Shown here: one piece after another, positions 45,150-47,871 of the stretch | Layout: each line of letters starts with the position of its first letter | Position numbering within the stretch: position 1 is the stretch's first letter | Assembly: GCA_964607225.1 (NCBI GenBank) | Contig: CAZSIU010000003.1 | Location: 1-47,871 of the forward strand | From: an uncultured Methanosarcinales archaeon | Lineage (GTDB): Archaea; Nanobdellota; Nanobdellia; Woesearchaeales; GW2011-AR4 | Direction: 5' to 3' | DNA: 47,871 bases | Made by a program: the position numbers and the translations under genes | The notes under the pieces: generated by a model | Database searches by the model: none | The model's input: the letters and a program-made list of their open reading frames with translations, nothing else | Told to the model about the DNA's origin: nothing

Positions 45150-46628
45150 CTAAGTTGTTGCTGTTGTTTCAGTCTCTTGAGCAACTTCAACTTCAACATC
45201 TGCTGAGATGTCTGCATCAGGCATTGCTTCTTTAATCTTCTTGACTATTGTCTTCAATATGTCATGCGCTTCCTTTATGGCTTCTCTTGCCTCTTTAAGC
45301 AGCACCTTTGCCTCGTCTGCAAATGCCTTTATCTGCTCTTCTGTTGCATTGCCCGCTTTTAAGTCAAGAGCTGCATACAATTTGTCTTGTGCCTGTGAGT
45401 ACTTGTCTTTTGCCAAGGAAATTTTCTCGCTGAATGCAGATACCTCTGCATCTACATCAACTTCTATGCCTTGTTCTTTTGCCTTAGCCAATACATGGTC
45501 GAGCCTTTTCTCAAGGACAATGCCACGATTGACAAGCCCTTCTACTCTTGCAGATACAACTCTTTCAGTATGCAATCTTATAATATGTTTTAGCTTCTTC
45601 CACTTGTCATGTAGCTTTTTTGCTATCTCTTTAACCTGCTCTTTGGTTGTTGCTGCCTGTGCATCTGCTTTTATTTGGTTTATTTCAGCAATCTGCGCAT
45701 CTATCTCTGCAACAATCTTTGCTTCTCTGTCTTCGGCAATGTTCTCGCTTTCCTGCACCTTGGCTTTTATCTTCTCAAGATGACTTATTAATGCATCAGC
45801 CGTATGCAGCACATAATCTTTAGCGTGCTCCAAGGTTGCTTTTTCATCTTTTTTGTCTCTTGCTTCCTTTAGCTTGTCTCTTGCTTCTTTCAACTCGTCA
45901 TTAGCCAACTTAAACTCTTCCTTTGCCTTATCAAATCTTTCTCTCAATTGAACAAGCCTTGCTTCTGGAACATCTCTTCTATCTAAATCCTCAGCATTTT
46001 TAACTTTTACAACTTTGATTGCTCTAAGCTCTGCTTTAAGCCTTGCAGAATCCTTTTCAACAATCTCTTTTAACCTTGATCTTCCTAAAACCGCAACCTT
46101 TTCTATATCCGTTTCATTCAAGTCAGCAACCTTCTCAAGCTTCTCTTTTTCAAGCTTAGCAAGCCTTTTGAGCTTTTCCTCATTAAGTTTTGATATTCTT
46201 TCGAGTCTTTCCTTTTTTAATTCAGCAATTTTTTCGAGATTTTTTATGTCTAATGTAGCTAATCTTTCTATCTGCCTTTTGTCGAGCTCTGCAATCTTTT
46301 GCAGCCTGTCATTGCTTAAATTAGAAATCCTGTTTAACTTTTCTGAATCTAAAGCTTCAATCTTGATCCTGTGCTCTTCCCTAAGAACTTTTATTCTTTC
46401 AAGATTGGCTTTTCTTCTTTCCTCTGCCTTTACTCTTATTTCTGCCCTTGTCTCTGCTTTGTCATCTTTAATTTCCTCCCTTATTCTTATTTCAGTTTTT
46501 GTTTCTGTACTATCATCTTTAGTTTCTTCCTGTATTCTGATTTCTGTTCTAGTGTCCTGTGCAAAAGCCAGAGGCACTAAACTAAAAATAAACATAGCAA
46601 TTAACGCAAATGCAATAGTCTTTTTCAT
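45150..46628 (-). CDS. Secreted helical/coiled-coil protein with ~11-aa repeats
   Basis: Signal peptide MKKTIAF..LAFA; LxKIAxLxxxx repeats; GGAGG SD. Confidence 0.8.
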   Translation of the reverse strand: MKKTIAFALIAMFIFSLVPLAFAQDTRTEIRIQEETKDDSTETKTEIRIREEIKDDKAETRAEIRVKAEERRKANLERIKVLREEHRIKIEALDSEKLNRISNLSNDRLQKIAELDKRQIERLATLDIKNLEKIAELKKERLERISKLNEEKLKRLAKLEKEKLEKVADLNETDIEKVAVLGRSRLKEIVEKDSARLKAELRAIKVVKVKNAEDLDRRDVPEARLVQLRERFDKAKEEFKLANDELKEARDKLKEARDKKDEKATLEHAKDYVLHTADALISHLEKIKAKVQESENIAEDREAKIVAEIDAQIAEINQIKADAQAATTKEQVKEIAKKLHDKWKKLKHIIRLHTERVVSARVEGLVNRGIVLEKRLDHVLAKAKEQGIEVDVDAEVSAFSEKISLAKDKYSQAQDKLYAALDLKAGNATEEQIKAFADEAKVLLKEAREAIKEAHDILKTIVKKIKEAMPDADISADVEVEVAQETETTATT

Positions 46629-47108
46629 TTTGACAACCTCCAATCTTAATTTTAAATTTGATTTTATTAAATCTTGGAGATGTGTAAGATTATTTTATTT
46701 ATAAATAAACTTTTTTTATTGGTAAATTAAAGAATTTTTATTTGTTTTAAAACTTTACAAAGCTTTATTCTGCCTTCTTTTGCTTTAAAAAGTTAATCTA
46801 AGTCTTTTTTGAACTTAAAAAGATTAAAAATTATTTTTAAACATCAAAATTCCATTTATGTATCATAAGTAGTTTACGTATAGCTACATATTACATGGAA
46901 TTTGGATGTATACGAAAAACAAAGTTTTTCGGATATTCAAAAATCTTTGATTTTTGCATATGCTCAAAAACCAGCAATTTATAAAGTGGAATTTTGTAGT
47001 GTCCAAAACCACTGAATGTGCTAGTAACATAATCATGCCACCCATCTATGATTGGTGGTTTTTGACATTTCGCTATATTTTTATAGCTATAAAAATTACC
47101 AAGTACTT

Positions 47109-47795
47109 ATGAATAAATTTAAGATTTTGGCTTATTTATTTACAGCTTTATTTTTACTTAGTTTTGTGAACGCAGCCACAATCCATGGCACAATATACGA
47201 TTTGTCTTTGAAAAAAATAAATAATGCAAGAGTTGAAATTAATACATCACCAAAGCAATTTCTAATTGCTCAGAATGGAACTTACTCATTTAATGTTCCA
47301 AATGGAGCTTATACAATAAAAGCGCAGCTAATACAAAAAAATACAGTTATTGCTTTAGTACAGGAAAATATAACAATAAAGCAAGATGGCACTTATGTGC
47401 TTGACTTAATTTTGTTTCCAGATATTGAAGAAGGAGTTGAAGAGATTGAAATTGATGTAAATGAAAATATAGTTGAAACTAAGAAAAATAAAAATACTTT
47501 AATTGGTTCTATTTTGTTGCTTACATTAGGAATTACTTTAATGATTATATATTATTTCAAAAAAATAGAAAAACAGGAAAAAGAAAGTCCGAAAGAAGAA
47601 TACGAAGATGATTTACAACAAATAATAAAAATAATAAAGCAAGAAGGAGGCAGAACAACTCAAAAAGAGATAAGAAAACAAATTCCATTGTCAGAAGCGA
47701 AGATAAGCTTGATGATAGCTGAGCTTGAGCATAAGGGAATTATTGAGAAAATCAAGAAAGGAAGGGGGAATATAATTATTTTGAAGAAAAAATAA
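47109..47795 (+). CDS. Single-pass membrane protein with N-terminal beta domain and C-terminal winged HTH
   Basis: Signal peptide, ATIHGTIYD, TM, GGRTTQKEIR..LSEAKISLMIAELE..GRGN. Confidence 0.8.
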   Translation: MNKFKILAYLFTALFLLSFVNAATIHGTIYDLSLKKINNARVEINTSPKQFLIAQNGTYSFNVPNGAYTIKAQLIQKNTVIALVQENITIKQDGTYVLDLILFPDIEEGVEEIEIDVNENIVETKKNKNTLIGSILLLTLGITLMIIYYFKKIEKQEKESPKEEYEDDLQQIIKIIKQEGGRTTQKEIRKQIPLSEAKISLMIAELEHKGIIEKIKKGRGNIIILKKK

Positions 47796-47803
47796 AAACA
47801 AAA

Positions 47804-47871
47804 ATGAGATTCAAGAAAATAAAAGATACTTATTTCATTAGACTAGAAAGAGGAGAAAAAATAATTGAAAC
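47804..47871 (+). CDS. Probable PPC/DUF296 protein, 5' fragment
   Basis: MRFKKIKDTYFIRLERGEKIIE. Confidence 0.6.
   Translation, partial: MRFKKIKDTYFIRLERGEKIIE

Noticed and set aside
45208-46704. 191-aa and 229-aa plus ORFs
   Set aside because: Antisense shadows of the signal-peptide-bearing minus gene.

Overview
AT-rich archaeal DNA, most consistent with a DPANN (Woesearchaeota-like) genome. This rests on the archaeal aIF5B, EF-1beta, Trm1 and RtcA genes, a presenilin-like protease and BRE/TATA promoters. The window is dominated by a 23.5-kb, 7844-aa secreted LamG/Ig surface-protein gene (8927-32461) containing three inteins at the same site of three of its four large repeats. The inteins have no recognisable homing endonuclease. 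Their insertion loops stay stop-free on the + strand yet carry complete passenger units on the - strand, each with its own BRE/TATA promoter: DUF433/DUF5615 and antitoxin/PIN toxin-antitoxin pairs, a clan-AA aspartyl protease, and small RNAs. Intein 1 also holds two + strand tRNA-like genes with long variable arms and BHB introns in the T-loop; one has a Ser-type body with a CUC (Glu) anticodon. Each is paired with a divergently transcribed short RNA complementary to its D- and variable arms, which suggests an RNA toxin/antitoxin or anti-tRNA system. Other features: a 21-bp-phased repeat array (798-987), an apparently split surface protein with complementary basic/acidic zippers flanking a HEPN-MNT/nuclease islet, nested LamG domains, palindromic REP/MITE-like repeats, and housekeeping genes at the 3' end. 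All family calls are by motif recognition, not database search.
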